Assembly (NCBI GenBank): GCA_021299175.1 | Contig: JAJTFY010000003.1 | Location: 1,462 to 65,461, forward strand | Length of the DNA stretch: 64,000 bases | Direction of reading: 5' to 3' | From: Chitinophagaceae bacterium | GTDB taxonomy: Bacteria; Bacteroidota; Bacteroidia; Chitinophagales; Chitinophagaceae | In this document: piece after piece, positions 18,532-27,360 of the stretch | How the letters are laid out: every line of letters starts with the position of its first letter | Position numbering within the stretch: the first letter of the stretch is position 1 | Translations under genes and position numbers: made by a program | The notes under the pieces: generated by a model | What the model saw: only the letters and a program-made list of their open reading frames with translations | Database searches by the model: none | What the model was told of the DNA's origin: nothing

Positions 18532-18539
18532 TAAGTTTG
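18532..18539 (+). promoter_or_regulatory. -7 promoter box TAAGTTTG for the phosphosugar mutase gene
   Basis: Exact TAnnTTTG match, 17 nt upstream of the ATG at 18556. Confidence 0.4.
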
Positions 18540-18555
18540 TAAAAATTATTGTCAA

Positions 18556-20283
18556 ATGGAAGCAATGATCAAAGCTCGGGTAGACAAATGGTTAGAAGGG
18601 AATTATGATGATGCAACTAAAAATACCATTCGAGACCTCATCTCCAATAACCTTGATGAACTGGCAGATGCCTTTTACCGCAATCTTGAATTCGGCACTG
18701 GTGGTCTGAGGGGTATCATGGGTGTTGGGACAAACAGGATCAATCAATACACCATTGGCATGGCAACGCAAGGCTTTGCCAACTATCTGATTCAGTCTTT
18801 TCCAAACCAACAAATAAGGATGGCTGTTGCACATGACAGCAGAAACAACAGTCGATTTTTTGCGGAAATCACTGCCAATGTGATGGCCGCCAATGGCATC
18901 CAGGTCTATCTTTTTGAGTCATTGAGACCTACACCTGAGCTTTCCTTCACCATCAGGCATCTTCAATGCCAGGGTGGAGTGGTTTGTACGGCCTCACACA
19001 ATCCAAGAGAATACAATGGGTACAAGGCATATTTCAATGATGGCGGACAGTTGGTTCCACCCCACGACAAAAATGTAATTGCAGAAGTAGAAAAGATTCA
19101 ATCCGTCGATGAGGTCAAATGGACTGGTGGAGAAGCCAATATTCACATCATTGGGGAAGATATGGATAAGGCCTACATCAACATGGTAAAAGGATTGAGC
19201 ATCTATCCTGATGCAATTGAACGCCAAAAAGACCTGAAAATAGTGTACACACCCATCCATGGAACAGGAATCAAATTGGTGCCACAGGTACTTGCTGCAT
19301 TTGGCTTCACCAACCTTACCCTTGTTGATGAACAAATCATTCCAGACGGAAATTTTCCCACTGTAGTATATCCAAACCCTGAAGAAAGTGAGGCCATGAG
19401 CCTGGGTTTGAAAAAGGCCCAGTCCATTGATGCCGACATCCTTCTGGGTACCGATCCTGACGCAGATCGTGTGGGCGTAGGCGTAAAAGACAACCATGGC
19501 AATTGGGTACTGCTCAACGGTAACCAGACAGCAGTACTTGCCTTTAATTACATGATTGAAGCCAGGCGTAAAAAAGGACTGGCAAAAGACAATGATATGG
19601 TTGTCAAAACCATTGTCACAACTGATATGATCGATATTATATCAGCCAAGAACGAAATCAAGTGTTACAATGTACTCACAGGGTTTAAATGGATTGCAGA
19701 GTTGATCAAGTCCAAGGAGGCCCATGAAAACTATATCATTGGCGGAGAGGAATCCTATGGCTTGATGATTGGAGATCAGTTAAGGGACAAGGATGCTGTA
19801 AGTGCAGTGGCATTCCTTTGTGAAATGGCAGCCTATGAAAAGGATGCTGGTAAAAGTCTTTTTACAAAACTGGTAGAACTCTATACTGAATACGGACTTT
19901 TCAGGGAGCACCTCATCTCCATTACCAAAAAAGGGAGAGATGGTCAGGCACAAATTGCTGAAATGATGGATCAGTTCAGGAGCAATCCTCCTTCCACCTT
20001 GGCTGGTGTTCCCGTCATAGGGCTCTATGATTATGAGAAAAGAGAGGCCAAGGATTTGGCCAATGGACAAGTCTGTGCCATTGATTTACCCAAGAGCAAT
20101 GTCCTCCAATTTGTACTGGAAGATGGCAGTAAAATCAGTGCAAGACCATCAGGGACGGAACCTAAAATAAAATTTTATTTTAGTGTCCAGGGTATATTGG
20201 ATCGGGCAGAAGATTTTGATACAGCCTATGCCTCGCTTGGCGATAAAATCAATATGATCATTGCTGAGCTTGGTCTGGCATAA
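18556..20283 (+). CDS. phosphoglucomutase/phosphomannomutase family phospho-sugar mutase
   Basis: 575 aa. Active-site TASHNPREYNGYK, metal loop GTDPDADR and sugar loop GGEESYG. Confidence 0.9.
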   Translation: MEAMIKARVDKWLEGNYDDATKNTIRDLISNNLDELADAFYRNLEFGTGGLRGIMGVGTNRINQYTIGMATQGFANYLIQSFPNQQIRMAVAHDSRNNSRFFAEITANVMAANGIQVYLFESLRPTPELSFTIRHLQCQGGVVCTASHNPREYNGYKAYFNDGGQLVPPHDKNVIAEVEKIQSVDEVKWTGGEANIHIIGEDMDKAYINMVKGLSIYPDAIERQKDLKIVYTPIHGTGIKLVPQVLAAFGFTNLTLVDEQIIPDGNFPTVVYPNPEESEAMSLGLKKAQSIDADILLGTDPDADRVGVGVKDNHGNWVLLNGNQTAVLAFNYMIEARRKKGLAKDNDMVVKTIVTTDMIDIISAKNEIKCYNVLTGFKWIAELIKSKEAHENYIIGGEESYGLMIGDQLRDKDAVSAVAFLCEMAAYEKDAGKSLFTKLVELYTEYGLFREHLISITKKGRDGQAQIAEMMDQFRSNPPSTLAGVPVIGLYDYEKREAKDLANGQVCAIDLPKSNVLQFVLEDGSKISARPSGTEPKIKFYFSVQGILDRAEDFDTAYASLGDKINMIIAELGLA

Positions 20284-20326
20284 TTGAAATGTATATTCAC
20301 AAAAGGTTACGCTAAGGAATACAGAC

Positions 20327-20983
20327 ATGAGGAATAAAGAGGATAGGCCTCTTCACAAGGGCCTGAGAAATAAACTGATTAACCTTATCAGGGAGAAGGG
20401 TATAACCGATGAAAATGTATTGCAGGCCATGTTGAATGTTCCGCGTCATTTTTTTCTTGATTCTGCATTTGAACAACAGGCATATGAAGACCGTGCTTTT
20501 CCAATAGGGGAGGATCAAACCATTTCACATCCCTATACTGTGGCCTATCAATCTCAACTTTTACAAATCAAGCCTTTTGACAAGGTCTTGGAAGTGGGTA
20601 CAGGAAGTGCATACCAATCAACAATACTATGCGAATTGCAGGCAAAGGTCTTTTCTATTGAACGCCAAAAAAAGCTGTTTGATGCCAATAAAGAATTTCA
20701 GTTTCTCAAAAAATACCCAACATTGAGAATGTTTTTTGGAGATGGATTTGAAGGATTGCCCACCTATGCACCTTTTGATAAGGTTTTGATTACTGCTGCT
20801 GCGCCCTTTGTGCCTGAAAAACTATTGGCCCAGTTAAAGATTGGAGGATGCATGGTTTTGCCATTGAATGAAGGAGAGGTACAGAGAATGCACAGGATTA
20901 CAAAAATGGCAGATGGAAGTTTTGAAGAGGAAAAATTTGATGAGTTTTCCTTTGTGCCCATGCTTTTGGGCAAAAGAAGATAA
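20327..20983 (+). CDS. pcm: protein-L-isoaspartate O-methyltransferase
   Basis: 218 aa. Motifs VPRHFF, TISHPYTVA, VLEVGTGSAYQ and GGCMVLP. Confidence 0.9.
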   Translation: MRNKEDRPLHKGLRNKLINLIREKGITDENVLQAMLNVPRHFFLDSAFEQQAYEDRAFPIGEDQTISHPYTVAYQSQLLQIKPFDKVLEVGTGSAYQSTILCELQAKVFSIERQKKLFDANKEFQFLKKYPTLRMFFGDGFEGLPTYAPFDKVLITAAAPFVPEKLLAQLKIGGCMVLPLNEGEVQRMHRITKMADGSFEEEKFDEFSFVPMLLGKRR

Positions 20984-20984
20984 A

Positions 20985-21013
20985 AAAGCCGCTTTAAGTA
21001 AAGCGGCTTTTGA
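20985..21013. terminator. bidirectional hairpin terminator between convergent pcm and the outer-membrane gene
   Basis: Perfect 11-bp stem AAAGCCGCTTT / AAAGCGGCTTT with a 4-nt loop, flanked by A- and T-runs. Confidence 0.7.
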
Positions 21014-21014
21014 A

Positions 21015-23669
21015 TTAAGGTTGTTGTTGCATTTGCATGCCTTCTTGCATGCCATCCATTCCACTCTTTGTATTCTTTCTTTTGAAAATGGTCGCATCCA
21101 CTTTACCAAAACGATAACTGAAGTTCAGCCTGAAAACCTGCCAGTCACGCCTTCTGGAGTTGCTTTGGGTAAAATACTGTGATTCAGAGTAAGAACCATA
21201 GACCTTGGTTTTGAACATATCATTCATGCTCAATGTGAGGGATCCTCTTTTTTCCTTCAGAAAATCCTTTTTGAGTGCAAATTCAAATCCATAGTTGGGC
21301 TTTACATAACCCTGTGCGGATGTTTGCTGGAATCCCCCCCAGCTTCCTCCTCCCATGCTGCTTCCTCCACCGCTTCGGCCACTACTACTTCCTCCACTAT
21401 AGTTGTTTTGAGGAAGAATTGATTTGCTCCTGAAATCATACGCTAGTTGAAGTGTGAAATTGGATGGAAGCTTGATATTGGCATTTGCCTTTCCAAATAA
21501 GCTGAACAATGAATTATTGAGGTCAATCTGCAAATTATTGCTGTTGATGCTGGAATTGAAGAAATTGAGGTTGGTGGTCAACTCAAGCCATTTGGCAACT
21601 GGGTTTCTGGAGGTTATTTCGAGACCATATGCACGGCTGCTGTTGGCATTGATGTAAGTATTGACAAGGATATCTTTGCCAGGAACTGTGCTGGCTTCTT
21701 TAACCTGAAAACGGGTCATCAGGTTGTCGGTTTGTTTGTAGTAGGCAGAAACCAAAAGGCTGTTGTTTCCTTTGAATGTTTTTTGGTAGTTCAGCTCAAT
21801 AGAGTTGGTGAATTCAGGAATGAGGTCTGGATTACCCCGGCTGATATTGAGTGAATCAGTGTAGTCTACAAATGGCAGAATCTGGTAGAAACTTGGCCTA
21901 TTGATTTTTCTGGCATAACTGAATTGCAGATCCTGTGTTTGGTCTATTTGGTGTGTAAAATTAAGGCTGGGGAAAAGACTCAATGGATAACTGTTGCCAA
22001 AGCTCTTGCCATTAGTCAACAAAGTTCCTGTGTATTTAGAACTCTCAGCCCTTAGACCAAGCTGGTAATTGGTTTTTTTACCGATGACATTTCCATATGT
22101 GCCATACACTGCAAAAACCTTGTCGTTGAATTTGTAATTGGCATTGATGGAGGTAATAGGAATGAACTGGTTCAAGGCAATATTATAAATATAATTGAGG
22201 TTTTCACTTTGGAAATCTCTGATGGCTGCTCTGAATCCGAGTTCCATTTTGGATGATTCTCCCAATGGATTGGTGAAATCAGTTTGAACAGTATACAGCG
22301 TATTTCCGCCTTCACCATTTTGCTTTTGATTGATCAAGCCACCTTTTGGGTTGCTGAGCAAATCAAAATATTGGGTTTGAAAACCGCCATTGCTTTTGTT
22401 GCTGCTTTTGTTATAGTTCAAATCAGCGGTCAGCTCCATGCCTTTTTTGCTAAAAAGATGTTTGAAACCTACGGCTGAACCATAATTGTTGAAGTTAAAA
22501 CCGGAACTGGTAGCCCTTTTGGACAGGATTGACTTTGTTCCTGTATTAAAAAGTGTATCTGTTTTTATGGACAGTTCATCTTCATTGTTAAACTCACCCA
22601 TGACCAGGCTTCCTGAAACAGTCAATGTATTTCTGTTATCAATAAAATAATCCAGGCCCGCCCTGTTGTAATTGAAAAATCCAAGACTCTTGGGATTATT
22701 GGTTTGGTTATAGCGAATGGAAGGGTAGGCAAAAAATTCTTCTCTGATGGATTCGCCTTCACCAATTGATTTTCTCTTGTTATACATGGAACTGGCAAAA
22801 AAGTTAACCTTGTCTTGCTTGATGTTGATGTCACCACCAAAATTAGGCATCAGCCTTGAGTCAATTCCTGCCCGAAGACTACCATTATACCCGGCTTTCC
22901 TGTTCTTTTTGAGCACAATGTTGATGATACCAGACATTCCACCGGAGGCGTCGAATTTAGCAGAAGGATTGGTAATGAGTTCTACACTTTGGATCGCATC
23001 AGAGGGTATTTGGTCAAGCGTAAGGTTGGTAGGTCTCCCATCTACGAAAATGGTTGGAGACGCATTCCTTAGGCTTACATTACCATCAATATCAACATCA
23101 ACACCTGGAATGTTTTTCATCATCTCCGAAGCCGTTTGTCCGGTAGAAACAAGGTTCTTTTCAACATTAAATATTTTCCTGTCTACCCCCATTTGCATGA
23201 AGGGTTTTGTTCCCACTACCTTGATTTCTTCCAGTTGTTTTGCATCAACTTCGAGCTTTATATTACCCAGATCAACGTCTGCATTGCTCATGATCTTGGA
23301 AAAGTCATTTCCATTGGCACCAAGGTCGAATTTTACCGGTTTTTCAAGGGTCAGGTATCCAATGGCGGTGACCTTCAGGATAAATTGACCCCTGATAGGC
23401 AGTCCCTCAAGGCTGAAATCACCATTGCTCTTGGTTAATTGACCTGAAATGATTTTGGTTTTTTTTGCTTTGGTTGCAGTATCAATATAAGATTGTACAA
23501 GTTGAACGGATGAAGCTTCTACTCCTTTATTGGTCTTGGCGTCCGTGATTTTACCATAAAATCTACCAATGTTCATGTTTTGGCCGGCTCCGGAGGGTCT
23601 GCCACCTGGAATTTGTGCAATTGCTTGAAAGGATAGGAAGGTTAGCAGGACGAGAAATAACTTTTGCAT
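21015..23669 (-). CDS. outer-membrane beta-barrel protein, TonB-dependent-receptor-like, with carboxypeptidase-regulatory-like N-domain
   Basis: 884 aa. Signal peptide, CarboxypepD_reg-like segment, plug-like region (NIPGVDVDIDGNVSLR) and a long barrel. A Gly/Ser-rich loop reads GGSSSGRSGGGSSMGGGSWGG. Confidence 0.85.
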   Translation of the reverse strand: MQKLFLVLLTFLSFQAIAQIPGGRPSGAGQNMNIGRFYGKITDAKTNKGVEASSVQLVQSYIDTATKAKKTKIISGQLTKSNGDFSLEGLPIRGQFILKVTAIGYLTLEKPVKFDLGANGNDFSKIMSNADVDLGNIKLEVDAKQLEEIKVVGTKPFMQMGVDRKIFNVEKNLVSTGQTASEMMKNIPGVDVDIDGNVSLRNASPTIFVDGRPTNLTLDQIPSDAIQSVELITNPSAKFDASGGMSGIINIVLKKNRKAGYNGSLRAGIDSRLMPNFGGDINIKQDKVNFFASSMYNKRKSIGEGESIREEFFAYPSIRYNQTNNPKSLGFFNYNRAGLDYFIDNRNTLTVSGSLVMGEFNNEDELSIKTDTLFNTGTKSILSKRATSSGFNFNNYGSAVGFKHLFSKKGMELTADLNYNKSSNKSNGGFQTQYFDLLSNPKGGLINQKQNGEGGNTLYTVQTDFTNPLGESSKMELGFRAAIRDFQSENLNYIYNIALNQFIPITSINANYKFNDKVFAVYGTYGNVIGKKTNYQLGLRAESSKYTGTLLTNGKSFGNSYPLSLFPSLNFTHQIDQTQDLQFSYARKINRPSFYQILPFVDYTDSLNISRGNPDLIPEFTNSIELNYQKTFKGNNSLLVSAYYKQTDNLMTRFQVKEASTVPGKDILVNTYINANSSRAYGLEITSRNPVAKWLELTTNLNFFNSSINSNNLQIDLNNSLFSLFGKANANIKLPSNFTLQLAYDFRSKSILPQNNYSGGSSSGRSGGGSSMGGGSWGGFQQTSAQGYVKPNYGFEFALKKDFLKEKRGSLTLSMNDMFKTKVYGSYSESQYFTQSNSRRRDWQVFRLNFSYRFGKVDATIFKRKNTKSGMDGMQEGMQMQQQP

Positions 23670-23763
23670 TAAGCTGTATTTTAATGGATTGGATGCCTTA
23701 AGAGTACTTAATCTTTCGGATTGAAAGTCAAGTAATTGTTAAACAAAAAAGGAAGAATTAAGT

Positions 23764-24369
23764 TCAAGAAGCCAATACTGTGATCAAAACCTGCAGAATC
23801 CCAATGATCAGACCCAGTATTCCTCCTATCACCTCAACAAACCTGAACTCTTTGGACATGATCTGATTGAGTATCGATTCCATCTTGTCACTGGAGAAGC
23901 CAGCAACCTTTTCTGTTACCATTTCTTCCAGGTCAAGCTGAGATTCAATGTTTTTCATGTATGATCCAATGATCTCAGGGAACATGGATTCCAGTTCCTG
24001 CATGAAAACGAGTTTTAACTGATTGATGGTATTTTGTCCTATAAACATTGAAATCATAGGGAAAACGCTGCTGAGTTTCTCACGAAGGAAATGGTCTATT
24101 TTACCCTCGACCAGGGGCATCATTTTGGAAAGGTTCTCCGGATTGGTGATTTTTTCTTCAATTTCTTTGAAAGACAACAGTTCTTCACTGACAAGCCTAC
24201 CTAATTTTTCTGCAAATTGTTGTTGTCTTTTGGGGAAAATACCATGAAATGTTAACCCAAGTATTTTTTTGGGTTCTTTGGGGTGAAAAAGCATTTTTAT
24301 GGCTATCCAATTGGTAAACCAACCAATAAAGGCAGATATCAAAGGGATCAAGATGAGCCAATAGTTCAT
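23764..24369 (-). CDS. DUF445-like membrane protein
   Basis: I chose the start at MNYWLILIPLISAFIGWFTNWIAIKMLFHP, the typical family N-terminus. There is a C-terminal TM helix. Confidence 0.6.
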   Translation of the reverse strand: MNYWLILIPLISAFIGWFTNWIAIKMLFHPKEPKKILGLTFHGIFPKRQQQFAEKLGRLVSEELLSFKEIEEKITNPENLSKMMPLVEGKIDHFLREKLSSVFPMISMFIGQNTINQLKLVFMQELESMFPEIIGSYMKNIESQLDLEEMVTEKVAGFSSDKMESILNQIMSKEFRFVEVIGGILGLIIGILQVLITVLAS

Positions 24370-24383
24370 ATTGGTATTTTTTA

Positions 24384-24391
24384 CAAAGTTA
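24384..24391 (-). promoter_or_regulatory. -7 promoter box (TAACTTTG on minus strand) for the DUF445-like gene
   Basis: Exact TAnnTTTG match, 15 nt upstream of the ATG at 24369. Confidence 0.4.
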
Positions 24392-24441
24392 GTTGATCTT
24401 AAGCAAGTCAAATTCAATTTTGGTAGAGTAAACATTTCCAT

Positions 24442-24449
24442 TAATTTTG
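24442..24449 (+). promoter_or_regulatory. -7 promoter box TAATTTTG for tRNA-His
   Basis: Part of the block TTAATTTTGCACTCC, which recurs upstream of rpmI. It lies 15 nt upstream of the tRNA 5' end. Confidence 0.5.
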
Positions 24450-24463
24450 CACTCCATTATCAC

Positions 24464-24538
24464 GGAGGTTGTAGCTCAGTTGGTTAGAGCGTCTGATTGT
24501 GGTTCAGAAGGTCGTGGGTTCGAGACCCATCATCCTCC
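24464..24538 (+). tRNA. tRNA-His (anticodon GTG)
   Basis: Hand-folded cloverleaf. D arm GCTC-AGTTGGTTA-GAGC, anticodon arm TCTGA-TTGTGGT-TCAGA, T arm GTGGG-TTCGAGA-CCCAT. The His-specific G-1 pairs with C73. There is one U-U mismatch in the acceptor stem, and CCA is not encoded. Confidence 0.9.
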
Positions 24539-24546
24539 CTCTTGTT

Positions 24547-24588
24547 AAAAGGGTATTCTTCAATTGGAATGAATACCCTTTTATTTTT
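24547..24588 (+). terminator. rho-independent terminator after tRNA-His
   Basis: 12-bp stem AAAAGGGTATTC / GAATACCCTTTT followed by a T-rich tail. Confidence 0.7.
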
Positions 24589-24684
24589 CCTTCAGCCATG
24601 CATTTTGTGCTTTCTTAACATAACTTTTAGGCTCCATTCATCACAAAAACAACCCAAAAGATTCTGAAAGGGTTAATTTTGAGT

Positions 24685-26832
24685 ATGTCTTCTAAATTTT
24701 TACAATTTATGTTCAGTAAAAGATCCTTACCAGTTGTGATAGTCCTTGTGTTGGCCAGTTTGCTGATAGCCTTCAATTCCTCAGGGGTCGGCAATCCTCC
24801 AGATAAGTTTCAGCTCATTTTTCAGCAGGTAACAGACATGCTGGAGGCTGCACATTACAGTCCAAAGAAAGTAGATGATGTTTTCTCTCAAAATATCCAT
24901 AAGAAATACTTGGAAGCCCTTGATCCAGACAAAAATATTTTTCTGCAATCGGACCTAAAGGAGCTTAAAAAGTTTGAATCCACCATCGATGATGAATTGC
25001 ATGGAGCACCCATTGCATACTTTTATGCAGTTGATCAGATTTATTCAAAACGCACGAAGGAGGTAGCAGCATATTACCCTGAATTACTCCAGAATCCGTT
25101 TCAGTTTATCACTGATGAATCCATTGTGCTGGAGCCAGAGAAGCTGGATTATCCCAAAAATGAATCAGCCCGAAAAGATGCCTGGAGAAAAAGATTGAAA
25201 TTCCTGACGCTTGAACGCCTGTCTGATCTGATGGATCAACGCAATACCCTCAAGAAAGGAGATACAGCCTACAAATCCGATGCTGATCTGGAAAAAAATG
25301 CCAGGGCCAAAGTGAAACTGATCATGACCAGAAATTTTGATCGGATCATTACCAAAACCAAGCCAGAAGAACGATTTGACATGTTGGTGAATGTTATCAC
25401 CAATTATATGGATCCTCACACCACTTTCTTTCCTCCATTGGAAAAAAGGTCGTTTGATGAACAAATGAGTGGCAGATTTTACGGCATAGGTGCATCATTG
25501 CGCAATGATGAAGGTGGTGCCATAAGGATTGCGACAATCGTTGCTGGTCTTCCTGCTTCAAAATCTCAGCAACTGGCAGTTGGCGATCAGGTATTGAAAG
25601 TTGGTCAGGCAGCTGACGAGCCCACAGATCTCACGGGTTTTGAAACAGAAGATGCGGTAAAGCTCATCAGGGGGAAAAAAGGAACAGAAGTTAGATTGAC
25701 CATAAAAAAAGCGGACGGGACCATAAAGATTGTTTCAATGATAAGGGATGAGGTAGTCTTGGATGAAACCTATGCCAAAAGCGCTGTCATCAACGAGGGT
25801 GGAAAAAAGATTGGATACATATTTCTCCCAGAGTTTTATGCAGATTGGGAAAGACCCAACGGTGCTAAATGTTCTCAGGATGTGGCCAAGGAAATCATCA
25901 AATTGAAGGAACAAGCTGTTGACGGAATCATCATGGACCTCAGGAACAATGGGGGAGGATCCTTGTATGATGTTGTGCAGATGGTAGGTTTCTTTATTCC
26001 AGAGGGCCCGATTGTCCAGGTTAAAGACAGGGAGGGGAATCCTCAGGTGCTCAGGGACAGGGATCGGTCTGTTTTGTACGACGGACCATTGGCCGTCATG
26101 GTAAATGAATTCTCTGCCTCGGCTTCTGAAATCTTTGCAGCGGCCATTCAGGATTATGGTCGTGGTATAGTCATTGGCAGTACTTCTACCTATGGAAAAG
26201 GGACTGTTCAACGCAATATTGGATTGGAACCAAGTACTGGTTTATTCAACAAAGAAACCACCGATATTGGTACCATAAAACTGACTTTGCAGAAATTTTA
26301 CCGCATCAATGGTGGATCCACACAACTCAAGGGTGTAACACCCAATATTATCCTTCCTGACCAGTATGAGACACTAAAATACAGGGAAAAGGACAATCCT
26401 GATGCATTGCCTTGGGATGAAATCCCTAGGGCATTTTACAACCGCATTTCTTCAGGTTATGACTTGGATTACGTAAAACGGACCAGCGCTGCCAGGGTTG
26501 CAGCCAATCCAACCTTCAATGCCATCAAGGAATCTTCCGTCCTCATGGAAACCGCCAACCAACGTGTTTATTCTCTTCAGCTCAACAAGTACCGTGAAGG
26601 ACAAAAAAGCCTCAGGGAATCGTTCAAAAAAATTGAAGAAATGAACAAATCGACCAAAGTGATGGAAGTGAAGATGTTGGATTTGGACGAGAAAAAACTT
26701 GCTGCAGACAATGATAAACTTGAGAGGCGAAAACAATGGATTGGCAACCTGTCAAAAGACATTTACATCAACGAAACCTGTCAAGTCATCTCAGATATGA
26801 TTCGTCAGGTTGTATTGGTCAAAGGAAATTAA
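24685..26832 (+). CDS. carboxy-terminal processing peptidase (S41A, tail-specific protease)
   Basis: About 715 aa. PDZ region, catalytic Ser context NEFSASASEIFAAAIQD and Lys context YGKGTVQ. The track ORF begins at a TTG (24679). I prefer the ATG at 24685. Confidence 0.9.
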   Translation: MSSKFLQFMFSKRSLPVVIVLVLASLLIAFNSSGVGNPPDKFQLIFQQVTDMLEAAHYSPKKVDDVFSQNIHKKYLEALDPDKNIFLQSDLKELKKFESTIDDELHGAPIAYFYAVDQIYSKRTKEVAAYYPELLQNPFQFITDESIVLEPEKLDYPKNESARKDAWRKRLKFLTLERLSDLMDQRNTLKKGDTAYKSDADLEKNARAKVKLIMTRNFDRIITKTKPEERFDMLVNVITNYMDPHTTFFPPLEKRSFDEQMSGRFYGIGASLRNDEGGAIRIATIVAGLPASKSQQLAVGDQVLKVGQAADEPTDLTGFETEDAVKLIRGKKGTEVRLTIKKADGTIKIVSMIRDEVVLDETYAKSAVINEGGKKIGYIFLPEFYADWERPNGAKCSQDVAKEIIKLKEQAVDGIIMDLRNNGGGSLYDVVQMVGFFIPEGPIVQVKDREGNPQVLRDRDRSVLYDGPLAVMVNEFSASASEIFAAAIQDYGRGIVIGSTSTYGKGTVQRNIGLEPSTGLFNKETTDIGTIKLTLQKFYRINGGSTQLKGVTPNIILPDQYETLKYREKDNPDALPWDEIPRAFYNRISSGYDLDYVKRTSAARVAANPTFNAIKESSVLMETANQRVYSLQLNKYREGQKSLRESFKKIEEMNKSTKVMEVKMLDLDEKKLAADNDKLERRKQWIGNLSKDIYINETCQVISDMIRQVVLVKGN

Positions 26833-26835
26833 TTG

Positions 26836-27357
26836 TCAGAGTCCAACGCCATATCTTGTTTGCAGTATTTTTCTATGGTGTAACCAGTGACCAATAATAA
26901 TGTATCCAATGGAGAGCAAGCTCATTTGCTCTCCATTGTCATTTATGCCAGTCCGAGTCATCCAATCCTCTTTAAAGCCTTTAAAGAGCAGGGCAGTAGC
27001 AGATCTTACATGAATGAATTCTTGAACAAGCAATTGCATATCATAGGCTTTTTCTGCTTCAATGGCATATTGATTTTCTTCAAAACTTTTGATGGGGTGA
27101 GGGTCTTGCCTGGCAATGGATAGTGCCCTAAAGGTAAAAATCAATTCTGCATCAATGCAATGCCTGACAAGAGTATTAATGCTCCATTTGCCGGGAGCAT
27201 ATGCAAAGCTGCTGTCAATTGTAGAGATAATGCTTAAATCCTGAACAAGTAAGTTGACAGAATCTTCCAAAAGACCACTGATTTTACCAGGCTCAACCTG
27301 TTCCACATATCGGTTAAAAAAAGCAGGATGACGGATCGCAGAACTGGCTTTATTCAT
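26836..27357 (-). CDS. DinB-superfamily protein
   Basis: 173 aa. Four-helix DinB_2-like layout with His-rich metal-site residues (LVRHCIDAE..., IIGHWLHHRKIL). Confidence 0.7.
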   Translation of the reverse strand: MNKASSAIRHPAFFNRYVEQVEPGKISGLLEDSVNLLVQDLSIISTIDSSFAYAPGKWSINTLVRHCIDAELIFTFRALSIARQDPHPIKSFEENQYAIEAEKAYDMQLLVQEFIHVRSATALLFKGFKEDWMTRTGINDNGEQMSLLSIGYIIIGHWLHHRKILQTRYGVGL

Positions 27358-27360
27358 TCC

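Noticed and set aside
22747-23388. Long antisense ORFs inside large genes (this one plus 43659..44129, 37171..37686, 18994..19497, 15768..16313, 46200..46547 and 60893..61303)
   Set aside because: Each is fully embedded opposite a gene with strong family motifs. Their translations are low-complexity with no recognisable domains. Such ORFs are typical by-products of codon bias.
24464-24700. tRNA-His as a possible integration site for a genomic island
   Set aside because: There is no integrase, no direct repeat of the tRNA 3' end and no compositional shift downstream. The next gene is a housekeeping S41 peptidase.
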